Assembly (NCBI GenBank): GCA_017405765.1
Contig: JAFQZS010000047.1
Location: forward strand, 8,367 to 72,366
DNA length: 64,000 nucleotides
Direction of reading: 5' to 3'
Source of the DNA: Clostridia bacterium
Lineage (GTDB): Bacteria; Bacillota; Clostridia; Oscillospirales; RGIG577
Shown: positions 20,562-30,103 of the stretch, piece after piece
Layout of the letters: each line of letters starts with the position of its first letter
Position numbering within the stretch: position 1 is the stretch's first letter
Program-made: the position numbers and the translations under genes
The notes under the pieces: model-generated
What the model was told of the DNA's origin: nothing
Seen by the model: the letters and a program-made list of their open reading frames with translations, nothing else
The model's database searches: none

Positions 20562-21161
20562 ATGAGCTATTATATAGCGCCCGTTGCAAGACTTATAGAA
20601 CAGTTCGAGCGTCTGCCCGGCATAGGCCATAAGAACGCGCAGAGGCTTGCTTTCTATGTGCTTCGCATGGAGGAAAGCGAGGCCGAAGCCTTTGCCAGGG
20701 CTATAATCGACGCAAGAAAAAACGTGACCTACTGCCGCGTTTGCCAAAACATTTCGCAAACGGAGGTCTGCAAGCTCTGCGCCGACGAGACGCGCGACAA
20801 AAAGACGATATGCGTAGTCGAGCAGCCGAAGGACGTGGCCGCGATAGAGCGCACGCACCGCTACCGCGGCAGCTATCATGTGCTGCACGGCGTGATCTCG
20901 CCCATTGACAACGTGGGACCCGCCGATATACGCGCGCGAGAGCTTTTAATGCGCTTAGGCGAGGACGATATATCCGAGGTGATAATGGCGACGAATCCCA
21001 CGGTGGAGGGAGACGCCACGGCCATGTATCTTTCGCGCCTTATAAAGCAGCTCGGCGTCAAGGTGACGCGCATCGCCTACGGCATACCCGTCGGCGGCGA
21101 CCTTGAATACGCCGACGACGTGACGCTCATGCGCGCGCTGGAGGGACGGCGGGAAATATAG
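20562..21161 (+). CDS. recR: recombination protein RecR
   Basis: LPGIG.K.AQRLAF, zinc finger CRVCQNIS..E.C.LC, and a Toprim domain. Confidence 0.95.
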   Translation: MSYYIAPVARLIEQFERLPGIGHKNAQRLAFYVLRMEESEAEAFARAIIDARKNVTYCRVCQNISQTEVCKLCADETRDKKTICVVEQPKDVAAIERTHRYRGSYHVLHGVISPIDNVGPADIRARELLMRLGEDDISEVIMATNPTVEGDATAMYLSRLIKQLGVKVTRIAYGIPVGGDLEYADDVTLMRALEGRREI

Positions 21162-21233
21162 AAAAACACGCGGCGGCTTTGGGCTTGCCGCGTATTGTTT
21201 TATTATTGTAAGATACTTAAGGACGGTGAAAAA

Positions 21234-22214
21234 ATGCCCCTTTTATTTGTAAGAAGCGACGTCACGAAAATGAAATGCGACGCCATAGTTAACGCCGTTG
21301 ACAACGATATGGATCCCGGAGGCGGCGCCGACGCGGCCATACATAAGGCGGCCGGACCGGGGCTTTTTGAGGAATGCGCGGCTTTGGGCGGCTGCGCCAC
21401 GGGCATGGCGAAGATAACGGGCGCATACGATCTGCCGTGTAAGTATATAATACATACGGCGGGGCCGCGCTGGCGCGGGGGAAACGCGGGCGAGGAGGAC
21501 GCGCTCGTATCATGCTACAGTCAGTCTCTTTTACTTGCCCTTTCCCACGGCTGCGAAAGCATAGCCTTTCCTCTTATATCGAGCGGCAGCTTCGGTTATC
21601 CGAAAGAAAAGGCGCTGAAGACGGCGGAAAACGCCATACGCGCTTTCCTTTCGGAAAACGATATGACGGTTTATATCGTTTTCTACGATAAAGAAAGCTT
21701 TGCCATAGGAAAGAGCCTTAAATACGATATAGAGGAATATATCGACGAGCGAAGCGTCGACGAGGTATACCATCAAAGGCCTCTCCACTCTGAGAGGGAG
21801 CGCTTTTCCGTTTTTGCAGGTTCGGCGGCGGCGCCTAAGGAGGACAAAAGCTTAAAGGACGCGCTTTCGGCGCTGGACGAGAGCTTTTCGCAGATGCTTT
21901 TAAGACTGATAACCCAAAAGGGCATGACGGACGCCGAATGCTACAAAAAGGCCAATATCGACAGGAAGCTCTTTTCCAAGATAAGAAACAACGTAAACTA
22001 CAAGCCGAAGAAAACTACGGCCGTCGCGTTCGCCGTCGCGCTCGAGCTTTCGCTTGACGAAACGCGCGAGCTTCTTATGAAGGCGGGCTTTGCGCTCTCG
22101 CACAGCAGCAAGTTCGACGTGATCATAGAGTATTTCATAAGCAGAGGAAATTATAATATATTTGAGATAAACGAAGCGCTGTTCGAGTTCGATCAGGCGC
22201 TTTTGGGCGCGTAA
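21234..22214 (+). CDS. macro domain (ADP-ribose binding/hydrolase) protein with C-terminal HTH-like domain
   Basis: CDAIVNAV...GGGADAAIHKAAG, IIHTAGPRW and IAFPLISSGSFGYP indicate a macro domain. The C-terminal about 110 aa (MTDAECYKKANIDRKLFSKI...) looks HTH-like. The start was set to the ATG at 21234. Confidence 0.8.
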   Translation: MPLLFVRSDVTKMKCDAIVNAVDNDMDPGGGADAAIHKAAGPGLFEECAALGGCATGMAKITGAYDLPCKYIIHTAGPRWRGGNAGEEDALVSCYSQSLLLALSHGCESIAFPLISSGSFGYPKEKALKTAENAIRAFLSENDMTVYIVFYDKESFAIGKSLKYDIEEYIDERSVDEVYHQRPLHSERERFSVFAGSAAAPKEDKSLKDALSALDESFSQMLLRLITQKGMTDAECYKKANIDRKLFSKIRNNVNYKPKKTTAVAFAVALELSLDETRELLMKAGFALSHSSKFDVIIEYFISRGNYNIFEINEALFEFDQALLGA

Positions 22215-22316
22215 AAATGTCGCATACGAAGCGACCCAAGGAAAAGTTTCCCGGGATATAATGTGACCGTAAGATAAAGACACGGTCACATTATTTTATT
22301 AAGGGAGGAAACGACG

Positions 22317-22964
22317 ATGAAAAACGACGTAACGGAGCTTGTGTTCATTCTTGACCGCAGCGGTTCCATGGCGGGGCTTGAGGACGACACGATAGGAGGC
22401 TTTAATTCGCTTATTGAGAAGCAGAAGAAAGAGACGGGCAAATGCCTCGTGTCCACGGTGCTTTTTAACAGTGAAAGCAAGGTGATACACGACCGCATGG
22501 GCCTTGACGACGTGCCGAAAATGACGCGCGGGGACTACGTGCCCTGCGGCTCGACCGCGCTTATAGACGCGATAGGCTGCGCTGTAGGCCATATCGGGAA
22601 CATACATAAATACGCGCGCCCCGAGGACGTGCCAAAGCATACGATGTTCATTATAACGACGGACGGCATGGAAAACGCGAGCCACATATATTCGAGCGAC
22701 GAAGTAAAGCGCATGATAAGCCGCCGAAAGGAGAAAGAGGGCTGGGAGTTCATATTCATCGGAGCGAATATAGACGCCGTAGAAACGGCGGGGAGATTTG
22801 GCATCGACGCGGGGCACGCCGCAAATTACCACGCCGACAGAGAGGGCACGGCTGTAGTTTACGAGGCGGTGAGCGATACCGTAAGAGCCGTAAGACGCGT
22901 CGGCAGCGTAGGCTCCGGCTGGCAAAAGAAGATAAACGACGACTATAATAAGAGAAGAAAGTAA
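22317..22964 (+). CDS. von Willebrand factor A (vWA) domain protein
   Basis: MIDAS motif LVFILDRSGSM, followed by GSTAL.DAIG and ITTDGMEN. Confidence 0.75.
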   Translation: MKNDVTELVFILDRSGSMAGLEDDTIGGFNSLIEKQKKETGKCLVSTVLFNSESKVIHDRMGLDDVPKMTRGDYVPCGSTALIDAIGCAVGHIGNIHKYARPEDVPKHTMFIITTDGMENASHIYSSDEVKRMISRRKEKEGWEFIFIGANIDAVETAGRFGIDAGHAANYHADREGTAVVYEAVSDTVRAVRRVGSVGSGWQKKINDDYNKRRK

Positions 22965-23099
22965 AATACTGCGCGGACGGCAGACACCGTCCGCGCTACG
23001 CTTTCTAAATTGTAAGTACTTGAATTATAATAGAATATATGATATTTTAAAAGCACAGATACCGCGGTTATTAAAAAATAAAAATAAGGGGTGCGAAAA

Positions 23100-24209
23100 A
23101 TGTCAGGTTTATTTTCCGAGATCACGATAAAGAATACGAAATTAAAAAACAGGATAGTCTTTCCGGCGATGCTCGTGTGCGATATAGACGCGCCGAACGG
23201 ACATGTAAGCCGAGCTTATCTCGATCATTACGAGTGGGTAAGCGACAGAGGCGTGGGCATGATAATCGCCGGAGCGGCTTACGTCAGCGAAAACGGCAAA
23301 ATGACGCCCAAATCACAGCTTGGTGTATCTTCCGACGAACATATAGAGGGCCTGTCCAAGATCCCCGAAATATGCCATAAAAAAGGAGTGCCGGTGCTCA
23401 TGCTCATAAACCATGCGGGAGTAAATGCAGCAGGTACGGATGATTATGTGGCGTCGTCCGTTTTAAGAGTGGAATCGAAGATCTTCAACACGGTGGCGAT
23501 ATCGAGAGAAATGACGAAGGAAGAGATAAAGAAATACGAGCAGGATTATGTTGACGCTGCCGTAAGATGCGAAAAAGCAGGCTTTGACGGAGTGCAGGTG
23601 CAGTGTGCGCACACATATCTTTTCGATACCTTCCTTTCGAGTGAAAAGAATAAGCGCACCGACGAATACGGCGGAAGTCTTGAGAACCGCGCAAGGATAG
23701 TCGTTGAGACGATACAAGCGATAAAGAAGCGCGTAGGCCCCGACTTCATCGTGGCCGTAAGAATGCCGTACAATGCGCCTTCGATAGAGGACGCAGTAGA
23801 GTTTGCAAAGATGTTTGAGGCGGCGGGCGCGGATTATATAGAGGTATCATGGGGAACGCTCAGCTTCGTTGCCGTAACGGCGGGCGAAGGCCCCAAGGCC
23901 CCCGAAGGCTTTAAATTTGACAATATCCCCTACGGCGCATCACAGATAAAAAAAGCCGTATCCGTTCCGGTAGGCGGCGTGTGGATGATGCGCTCGGAAA
24001 GCGCGCACGAAATGATAGAAAACGGATACAGCGACACCGTGGACGTGCTTCGCGGCATACTTATAGACCCCGACTGGGTAGAGAAGGCAAAAGAAAAGAA
24101 GCCGTCTAACAAGTGCTTAAACTGCAAGCCCATATGCCGCTGGTATATGGACAGAACAAAGTGTCCGCAGTGGAACAAGCTGCCCGCAGAGATACGCTTA
24201 AATCGGTAA
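23100..24209 (+). CDS. NADH:flavin oxidoreductase (Old Yellow Enzyme family) with C-terminal Cys cluster
   Basis: LKNRIVFPAM, GFDGVQVQCAHTYLFDTFLS...N.RTDEYGGSLENR, and a C-terminal CLNCKPIC...C. Confidence 0.8.
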   Translation: MSGLFSEITIKNTKLKNRIVFPAMLVCDIDAPNGHVSRAYLDHYEWVSDRGVGMIIAGAAYVSENGKMTPKSQLGVSSDEHIEGLSKIPEICHKKGVPVLMLINHAGVNAAGTDDYVASSVLRVESKIFNTVAISREMTKEEIKKYEQDYVDAAVRCEKAGFDGVQVQCAHTYLFDTFLSSEKNKRTDEYGGSLENRARIVVETIQAIKKRVGPDFIVAVRMPYNAPSIEDAVEFAKMFEAAGADYIEVSWGTLSFVAVTAGEGPKAPEGFKFDNIPYGASQIKKAVSVPVGGVWMMRSESAHEMIENGYSDTVDVLRGILIDPDWVEKAKEKKPSNKCLNCKPICRWYMDRTKCPQWNKLPAEIRLNR

Positions 24210-24239
24210 TAAAGATCCCCTTTTTATGTTGTTCCTATC

Positions 24240-24276
24240 GGCAGGGCGCACGGTCATACGGCCGTGCGCTCTGCCT
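24240..24276 (+). terminator. putative terminator hairpin after the OYE gene
   Basis: A 14-bp stem GGCAGGGCGCACGG/CCGTGCGCTCTGCC with one wobble pair. The T-run is weak. Confidence 0.45.
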
Positions 24277-24281
24277 ATATA

Positions 24282-24311
24282 TTGACAATAGCGTTTGAGG
24301 CGTTATAGAAT
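24282..24311 (+). promoter_or_regulatory. candidate sigma-A promoter of thiM-thiE
   Basis: TTGACA (24282-24287), an 18-nt spacer and TAGAAT (24306-24311). Confidence 0.4.
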
Positions 24312-24343
24312 ATATAAAAAACATACAAAACGGAGGCGGAGCA

Positions 24344-25165
24344 ATGTTTGAGAATATAATAAAAAACGTAAGAGAAAAAACGCCCCTCGTTCATTGCATC
24401 ACAAACAACGTTACGGTAAACGACGTTGCAAACATACTGCTTGCATGCGGAGGCTCTCCGATAATGGCGCAGGACGCGCGTGAAGCCGCCGAAATAACGG
24501 CGCTTTCAGATGCGCTTTATCTCAATATCGGCACGTTGAGCGAACAGTCCGTTAAAAGTATGATAATATCGGCGCGCGCAGCCGAAAAGAAGGGCATACC
24601 CGTCGTGCTCGATCCCGTGGGCGCGGGAGCGTCGTCGTTTCGTACAGAAAGCGCAAAAAGCATTCTTGCCGCCGCGCCTGTATCGATAATACGCGGCAAC
24701 GTCTCCGAAATAATGACGCTTGCCGGAATAAAAGCCCATACGAAGGGCGTTGACGCGGGAAACGCCGATACGTCGCGCTCCACTGTGGATCTTCTTGTGG
24801 ATACGGCGAAAAACCTGGCCCGCACGACCGGCGCGGTCGTAGGCATTTCGGGAAAGACCGATATAGCGACCGACGGCAGGCGCGTAGTTCTTATTAAGAA
24901 CGGACACAGCGATATGGCGAAGATCACGGGTACGGGATGTATGCTTACGGCTGTTGCCGCCGCATATGCCGCCGCAAACCCCGACGATCTGCTAAACGCT
25001 TTAGCGACTGCGTTTTGCGCGGTGGGGCTTGCGGGTCAGCGCGCAAGGGAGCGCATGGTCTTGGAAAACGCCGGGAACGCGTCGCTTCGTATGTGGTTTA
25101 TAGATAATATATATAAAATGGGATATAACGATTTGAAAGGTGGAGCAAAATATGAGATTTACTAA
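24344..25165 (+). CDS. thiM: hydroxyethylthiazole kinase
   Basis: PLVHCITN.V..N..AN.LLA.G.SP.M and the PVVLDPVG motif. Confidence 0.9.
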   Translation: MFENIIKNVREKTPLVHCITNNVTVNDVANILLACGGSPIMAQDAREAAEITALSDALYLNIGTLSEQSVKSMIISARAAEKKGIPVVLDPVGAGASSFRTESAKSILAAAPVSIIRGNVSEIMTLAGIKAHTKGVDAGNADTSRSTVDLLVDTAKNLARTTGAVVGISGKTDIATDGRRVVLIKNGHSDMAKITGTGCMLTAVAAAYAAANPDDLLNALATAFCAVGLAGQRARERMVLENAGNASLRMWFIDNIYKMGYNDLKGGAKYEIY

Positions 25166-25814
25166 AACGCCGGACGCATTAAGAAAGTCGATGCATCTTT
25201 ATGCTATAACAGACAGAAAATTCTTAAAGGAAGGGCAGACGCTTGCAGACCAGGTGAGAGAAGCGATAGAGGGCGGCGCGACGTTCATCCAGATAAGAGA
25301 AAAGAACATATCGTTCGACGAATACGTGCGCCTTTCAAAGGAAGTAAAGGCCGTGACCGACGAATACGGCGTGCCGTTCGTTGTGAACGACGACGTTGAC
25401 GTGGCGCTTGCCTGCGGCGCGGACGGCGCGCACGTGGGGCAGGAGGACCTTGACAGCGGCGAGGCGAGAAGAAAGCTCGGCCCGAACGCGATACTCGGCG
25501 TTTCCGCATCGAGCGTAGAGGAGCTTTTGGCGGCAGTAGAGAGCGGCGCGGATTATTTGGGCGTGGGCGCGATATTCCCCACGGGCACAAAGCTCGACGC
25601 AGACCCCGTGACGTATGAGATGCTAAAGAAAATATGCGAGGCCTCGACTGTGCCGATAGTTGCGATAGGCGGCATATCGAAGGACAATATCTTAAAGCTA
25701 AAGGGAAGCGGCATAGACGGCGTTGCCATAGTTTCGGCCATCTTCGGCGCGGACGATATAAGAAAAAGCGCAGCCGAGCTTTCAAGGCTTACCGACGAGG
25801 TAACGGGAAAGTAA
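25152..25814 (+). CDS. thiE: thiamine-phosphate synthase
   Basis: LYAITD...IQIREK, VNDDVDVALA..ADG.HVGQ.D, AIGGI. The start was set to the ATG at 25152, overlapping the thiM end. Confidence 0.9.
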   Translation: MRFTKTPDALRKSMHLYAITDRKFLKEGQTLADQVREAIEGGATFIQIREKNISFDEYVRLSKEVKAVTDEYGVPFVVNDDVDVALACGADGAHVGQEDLDSGEARRKLGPNAILGVSASSVEELLAAVESGADYLGVGAIFPTGTKLDADPVTYEMLKKICEASTVPIVAIGGISKDNILKLKGSGIDGVAIVSAIFGADDIRKSAAELSRLTDEVTGK

Positions 25815-25836
25815 CAAATAAACAGGCTTTAGGTTT

Positions 25837-25872
25837 ATCTGCCGAAAGAGTTTTTTTCGGCAGATATTTTTT
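25837..25872 (+). terminator. intrinsic terminator after thiE
   Basis: The ATCTGCCGAAA/TTTCGGCAGAT stem is followed by ATTTTTT. Confidence 0.7.
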
Positions 25873-25963
25873 GCTTAAAAATAGCCGCTTACGCCTTTAC
25901 ACTATACGCCTTACGTGATATAATCGACATATGACGGAAACAATGAGAAAGGAGGCCGACTGT

Positions 25964-26734
25964 ATGGCAAGACCGCAGAGATGCCGCAGAATATGCAAAG
26001 AGCCGACGTTCGACTCATTTTTTCCCGGCGGCAGGGAGTGTGCCGGAGCCGTTACGCTGTCGGTCGATGAATTTGAGGTCATACGTCTTGTCGATTACGA
26101 AAAGAACACGCATGAGCAGTGCGCGGCGCGCATGGATATATCACGCACGACCGTTACCGAGATATACGAAAGCGCCAGATTCAAGCTTTCGGACAGCATC
26201 GTGAACGGGAAAAAGCTTGTTATAGGCGGCGGAAATTACCGTCTGTGCGACGGGGTCGAGCAAAAAAGCTGCGGTATGCAGTGCCATGTGACCGAGTACG
26301 TCAGTGATAAAATAATCAAACAAAAAGGAGAAAATATTATGAGGGTAGCCGTAACGTACGAAAACGGACAGGTATTTCAGCATTTCGGCCATACGAAGCA
26401 GTTTATGCTGTTTGACATTGAAAATAACGAAGTGGTCTCGTCACAGATCATCGACGTTTCGGGCGGCGGCCACGGCGCGCTTGCAGGCTTTCTTTCCTCA
26501 AATAACGTAGATACGCTCATCTGCGGCGGCATAGGCGGCGGCGCGAAGGATGCGCTTACAAATGCGGGTATAAAGTATTACGGCGGCGTTCGCGGAAGCG
26601 TTGAAAGAGCCGCTTCCGATTTTGCGAAGGGCTCGCTTTTATACGATCCGTTCGCAAGCTGCAGCGACAGTAAAGGGCACGGCCATCATCACGGCGAAGG
26701 ACACGAATGCGGCGAACACGGATGTCACGAATAA
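25964..26734 (+). CDS. DUF134 (UPF0251, putative DNA-binding) domain fused to a NifB/NifX-type FeMo-cofactor-binding-like domain, His-rich tail
   Basis: MARPQRCRRI...LSVDEFEVIRLVDYE...EQCAARMDISRTTV matches DUF134. MRVAVTYENGQVFQHFGHTKQF...LICGGIGGGA matches the Nitro_FeMo-Co type domain. The C-terminal tail is GHGHHHGEGHECGEHGCHE. The start was set to the ATG at 25964 after an AGGAGG. Confidence 0.8.
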   Translation: MARPQRCRRICKEPTFDSFFPGGRECAGAVTLSVDEFEVIRLVDYEKNTHEQCAARMDISRTTVTEIYESARFKLSDSIVNGKKLVIGGGNYRLCDGVEQKSCGMQCHVTEYVSDKIIKQKGENIMRVAVTYENGQVFQHFGHTKQFMLFDIENNEVVSSQIIDVSGGGHGALAGFLSSNNVDTLICGGIGGGAKDALTNAGIKYYGGVRGSVERAASDFAKGSLLYDPFASCSDSKGHGHHHGEGHECGEHGCHE

Positions 26735-26752
26735 TTTGGAGGCGACTGTAAA

Positions 26753-27619
26753 ATGAGTGATAAATGCAACAACAACTGCGCCGAGTGCGGCGCGGACTGC
26801 GCAGAAAGAAAAGAGAAGCAGAGCTTTTTGGAAAGCCCCATGTCTTCTACCAATGTGGGAAAGATAATCGGCGTAGTAAGCGGAAAGGGCGGCGTGGGAA
26901 AATCGCTTGTTACAACGCTCCTTGCGTCGGCCATGAGAAAAAGCGGCTTTGAAACGGCCGTACTTGACGCGGACATAACGGGCCCTTCCGTTCCGAAGAT
27001 CCTCGGAATAAAAGAAAAGGCGTATTCCGACGGCGAGGGCATATATCCCGTTTTAAGCAAAAGCGATATAAAGGTGATGTCGATAAACCTTCTTTTACCC
27101 GACGAGACCGATCCCGTCGTATGGCGCGGCCCGATAATCGCGGGCGCGGTAAAGCAGTTCTGGACCGACGTAGTATGGGGCGACGTGGACTATATGTTCG
27201 TGGATATGCCCCCCGGAACGGGCGACGTACCGCTTACGGTGTTCCAGTCGCTTCCGATAGACGGCATAATCATCGTGGCTTCGCCTCAACAGCTTGTGGA
27301 AATGATAGTGAGCAAGGCGTTCAAAATGGCAGAGACTATGGATATCCCCGTTTTGGGACTCGTTGAGAACATGTCGTATTACGTATGCCCCAACTGCAAA
27401 GAGAAGCATTTTATCTTCGGCGACAGCAAGATAGAAGAGCTTGCCGAAAGGTTCGGCATAAAGACGACGGCAAGGATACCGATAGACGAAAAGCTTGCCG
27501 CTCTCTGCGACAGCGGCGATATAGAATCGCTTGAGCAGAGCTGGACGGACGATATCGTAAAGGCGATAAAGGACGCGCCCGCAAGATTTGCAGGCGCCGA
27601 GGGCGCAGTACTTTCATAA
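26753..27619 (+). CDS. Mrp/NBP35 (ApbC-like) P-loop ATPase with Cys-rich N-terminus
   Basis: Deviant Walker A SGKGGVGKS, DMPPGTGD, CPNC motif, and an N-terminal C-x3-C-x2-C-x3-C. Confidence 0.85.
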   Translation: MSDKCNNNCAECGADCAERKEKQSFLESPMSSTNVGKIIGVVSGKGGVGKSLVTTLLASAMRKSGFETAVLDADITGPSVPKILGIKEKAYSDGEGIYPVLSKSDIKVMSINLLLPDETDPVVWRGPIIAGAVKQFWTDVVWGDVDYMFVDMPPGTGDVPLTVFQSLPIDGIIIVASPQQLVEMIVSKAFKMAETMDIPVLGLVENMSYYVCPNCKEKHFIFGDSKIEELAERFGIKTTARIPIDEKLAALCDSGDIESLEQSWTDDIVKAIKDAPARFAGAEGAVLS

Positions 27620-27630
27620 AAGCAAAAGAG

Positions 27631-27656
27631 CTGCCGAAGGGACCTCCCTTCGGCAG
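27631..27656. terminator. bidirectional terminator hairpin between convergent genes
   Basis: Perfect hairpin CTGCCGAAGGGA-CC-TCCCTTCGGCAG. Confidence 0.65.
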
Positions 27657-27660
27657 TTCG

Positions 27661-28095
27661 CTATTCCAAGATCATATTTATATGCGGTATTTCGTCTATC
27701 AGGTATTCATCGGATACTTTAACGAAGCCTAACCTTTCGTAGAACTCCTTCGTATACGTTTGGGCGGCTATTTTTATTCTTTTTGCGCCGAGTTCGCTTT
27801 TCGCAATGCGTATGCCCTCGCGCACTATGGCGCTTCCCGTTCCCGCGTGCCTTTTTGCGGAGATAACGCGGGTTATTTTTACCTCGCCGGGTGAAAACCC
27901 CTTTGAAAGTATGCGAAGGCAGGCGGCAAGCTCGCCGCCGTGTGTCATAAATACGTGGAGCGCGTCCTGATCCTTGTCGTCCATATCGAGATAGCGGCTC
28001 TGCTGCTCCACCACGAATACGGACGAGCGGAGCTTCAGTATCTCGTAAAGCTCGTAAACGGTAAGCTCGTCAAAGCGTTTTACATGAAGTTCCAT
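27661..28095 (-). CDS. GNAT family N-acetyltransferase (ElaA-like)
   Basis: LYEILKLRSSVFVVEQ..., RHAGTGSAI, and a 144-aa length. Confidence 0.8.
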   Translation of the reverse strand: MELHVKRFDELTVYELYEILKLRSSVFVVEQQSRYLDMDDKDQDALHVFMTHGGELAACLRILSKGFSPGEVKITRVISAKRHAGTGSAIVREGIRIAKSELGAKRIKIAAQTYTKEFYERLGFVKVSDEYLIDEIPHINMILE

Positions 28096-28121
28096 ACGGC
28101 GTTTCTCCGATCGAAAGTTTA

Positions 28122-28451
28122 TCAGGTGTTCTTATCTACCTGTTTCATCTTTTTTAAGTTGCCCGACTTTTTGCGGCGCTCGCGCAGGTTATCTTCCACC
28201 TCGCGCACGTCTATATCAAGCTCGGCAAGCATTACGTTAAGATGATACAGAAGATCCGCCGTCTCGTTTATGACAGGCTCTTTTTCGCCGTTCTTTGCGG
28301 CGATTATCGTTTCGGCGCACTCCTCGCCGACTTTTTTAAGTATCTTGTCTATGCCCTCTCTGAACAGATAGGCCGTGTACGAGCCTTCCTCTTTGCTCTC
28401 TCTTCTCGAGATGACAACGTCGTACATCTCGGCTAAAATACTGTCGTTCAT
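28122..28451 (-). CDS. hisE: phosphoribosyl-ATP pyrophosphatase
   Basis: SYTAYLF..GIDKILKKVGEE..E.IIAAKN...E.ADLLYHL.V.L motif. It is the last gene of the his operon. Confidence 0.9.
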   Translation of the reverse strand: MNDSILAEMYDVVISRRESKEEGSYTAYLFREGIDKILKKVGEECAETIIAAKNGEKEPVINETADLLYHLNVMLAELDIDVREVEDNLRERRKKSGNLKKMKQVDKNT

Positions 28452-28464
28452 GTTGTTTCCTCCG

Positions 28465-29517
28465 TTAGAATTTTTTAAGAGTTCGATAAAAGCAGGAGCG
28501 GTTTCCCGTGTGGCACGCCGCGCCTATCTGCTCTACCGTGATAAGCAGCGTGTCGCAGTCGCAGTCGTAGAATATTTCCGATACGTTCTGTATGTGGCCG
28601 CTCGTTGCGCCTTTGTTCCAAAGCTCGCCGCGCGAACGCGACCAAAACCATGTCTGCCCCGTAAGCAGCGTGCGCTTTAATGATTCGCGGTCCATGTATG
28701 CGAGCATCAGCGTCTTATTAGTTATTTTATCCTCAACTACGGCGGGTATCAAGTCGTTTTTTTCAAAAAACGGCTCTATATCATAAGGGAATGGCGGAGG
28801 GCCGTTTTTCTTTACGCTTATCGCCAGGGAAAGATCGAGCATTCCCGAATAGAGTGACTTTCCGGCGATAACGCCGTAAAGCCCCATGCGCGAGACTGTG
28901 TTTATATCCTCGATATCCCTTACGCCGCCGCTTGCTATGATATTGCACGACACCGCGTCGGAAAGCGCCCAAAGCTGAGAGAAGTTGGGGCGCGCAAGCG
29001 TGCCGTCGCGCCCGATATCCGTAAAGACTATCGTCTTTACGCCGATATCCTCCATAGCGCGCGCAAGCTCGATATAGCTTACCTTGCTGTCGGAAAGCCA
29101 GCCTTCGGTGCTTACGTATCCTTCTTTTGCGTCGATACCTACGGTTATCTTGTCGCCGAAAGCCTTTACCGCTTCAACGACGAGCGGTTTATTTTTAAGC
29201 GCGACGCTGCCCAATATCACATGGCTTGCGCCTGCCGAAAGCACCGCCTCTATGGTTGCCATGTCTCTTACGCCGCCGCCGAATTCTATTTCAAGCGGCG
29301 CGGCCGCCTTTATTTCCGAAAGCACGTCTAAATTCTTAGGCTTTCCTGCCTTTGCGCCGTCGAGATCGACGACGTGAAGATGGCGCGCGCCGGCGTCGTA
29401 GAATTTTTTAGCCGTATCCGCCGCGCTGTCGGCTACAGTATGAGCCGTGTCATAGCGCCCTTTATAAAGGCGCACCGGCGTTTTGTTGATAAGGTCGATA
29501 GCGGGAAGTATTATCAT
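28465..29517 (-). CDS. hisA/hisI: fused HisA (ProFAR isomerase) - HisI (PR-AMP cyclohydrolase)
   Basis: The N-terminal about 235 aa (IILPAIDL...VRLYKG, GGGVRD, ASGGV) match HisA. The C-terminal about 105 aa (LIPAVVED...LMLAYMD.ESL..TL.TG...WSRSR.ELW.KG.TSGH.Q.V....[21 protein letters not shown]) match HisI. It is one uninterrupted ORF. Confidence 0.85.
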   Translation of the reverse strand: MIILPAIDLINKTPVRLYKGRYDTAHTVADSAADTAKKFYDAGARHLHVVDLDGAKAGKPKNLDVLSEIKAAAPLEIEFGGGVRDMATIEAVLSAGASHVILGSVALKNKPLVVEAVKAFGDKITVGIDAKEGYVSTEGWLSDSKVSYIELARAMEDIGVKTIVFTDIGRDGTLARPNFSQLWALSDAVSCNIIASGGVRDIEDINTVSRMGLYGVIAGKSLYSGMLDLSLAISVKKNGPPPFPYDIEPFFEKNDLIPAVVEDKITNKTLMLAYMDRESLKRTLLTGQTWFWSRSRGELWNKGATSGHIQNVSEIFYDCDCDTLLITVEQIGAACHTGNRSCFYRTLKKF

Positions 29518-29532
29518 ATAAAAGCCTCCGTT

Positions 29533-30102
29533 CTATAAAACGCCCTTGCTTGAAAGCGCGCCGCCGCCGCTTTTTGAAACGGCCTCTTTAAGCGCGCGGG
29601 CAAGCGCCTTGTAAAGCGCTTCCGTCGCGTGATGCGCGTTCTCGCCGTACAAAAGCTTCGCATGGAGCGTTACTCCGGCGTTTACGGCAAAGGCACGGAA
29701 GAACTCAACGGTCATCTGAGTATCGTAATCGCCGCACATGGGAGCCTTAAAGTCCGCGTCGAACACTAAAAACGGGCGGTTTGATATGTCGAGCGAAACG
29801 AAGGCGAGCGCTTCGTCCATGGGAACATACGCCGTGCCGAAGCGCGAGATGCCCGACTTGTCGCCTAAGGCCTCAAAAAATGCGCGCCCCAAAACGATGC
29901 CGCAGTCCTCAACGGTGTGGTGGCAGTCAACATGAAGGTCGCCCTCGCAGGAAAGCGTCATATCGAAGCCGCCGTGAACGCACATGGCCGTGAGCATATG
30001 GTCAAAAAAGCCGACGCCCGTTTTTATGTCGCTTTTGCCGCTTCCGTAAAGCTCCAGCTCCAATGAAATATTCGTTTCTTTCGTTTTTCTTTCCGTTTTC
30101 AC
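29533..30102 (-). CDS. hisB: imidazoleglycerol-phosphate dehydratase
   Basis: R.TKET.I...L.L.G, GFFDHML, HH..E and the 189-aa monofunctional form. Confidence 0.9.
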   Translation of the reverse strand: MKTERKTKETNISLELELYGSGKSDIKTGVGFFDHMLTAMCVHGGFDMTLSCEGDLHVDCHHTVEDCGIVLGRAFFEALGDKSGISRFGTAYVPMDEALAFVSLDISNRPFLVFDADFKAPMCGDYDTQMTVEFFRAFAVNAGVTLHAKLLYGENAHHATEALYKALARALKEAVSKSGGGALSSKGVL

Positions 30103-30103
30103 G

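Noticed and set aside
24210-24343. Expected a TPP (THI-box) riboswitch upstream of thiM-thiE
   Set aside because: The 134-nt interval contains a terminator hairpin and a promoter-like TTGACA/TAGAAT. It has none of the conserved THI-box elements (CUGAGA, ACCUGAUCUGGAUAAUGCCAGCG-like), and too little space remains after the promoter.
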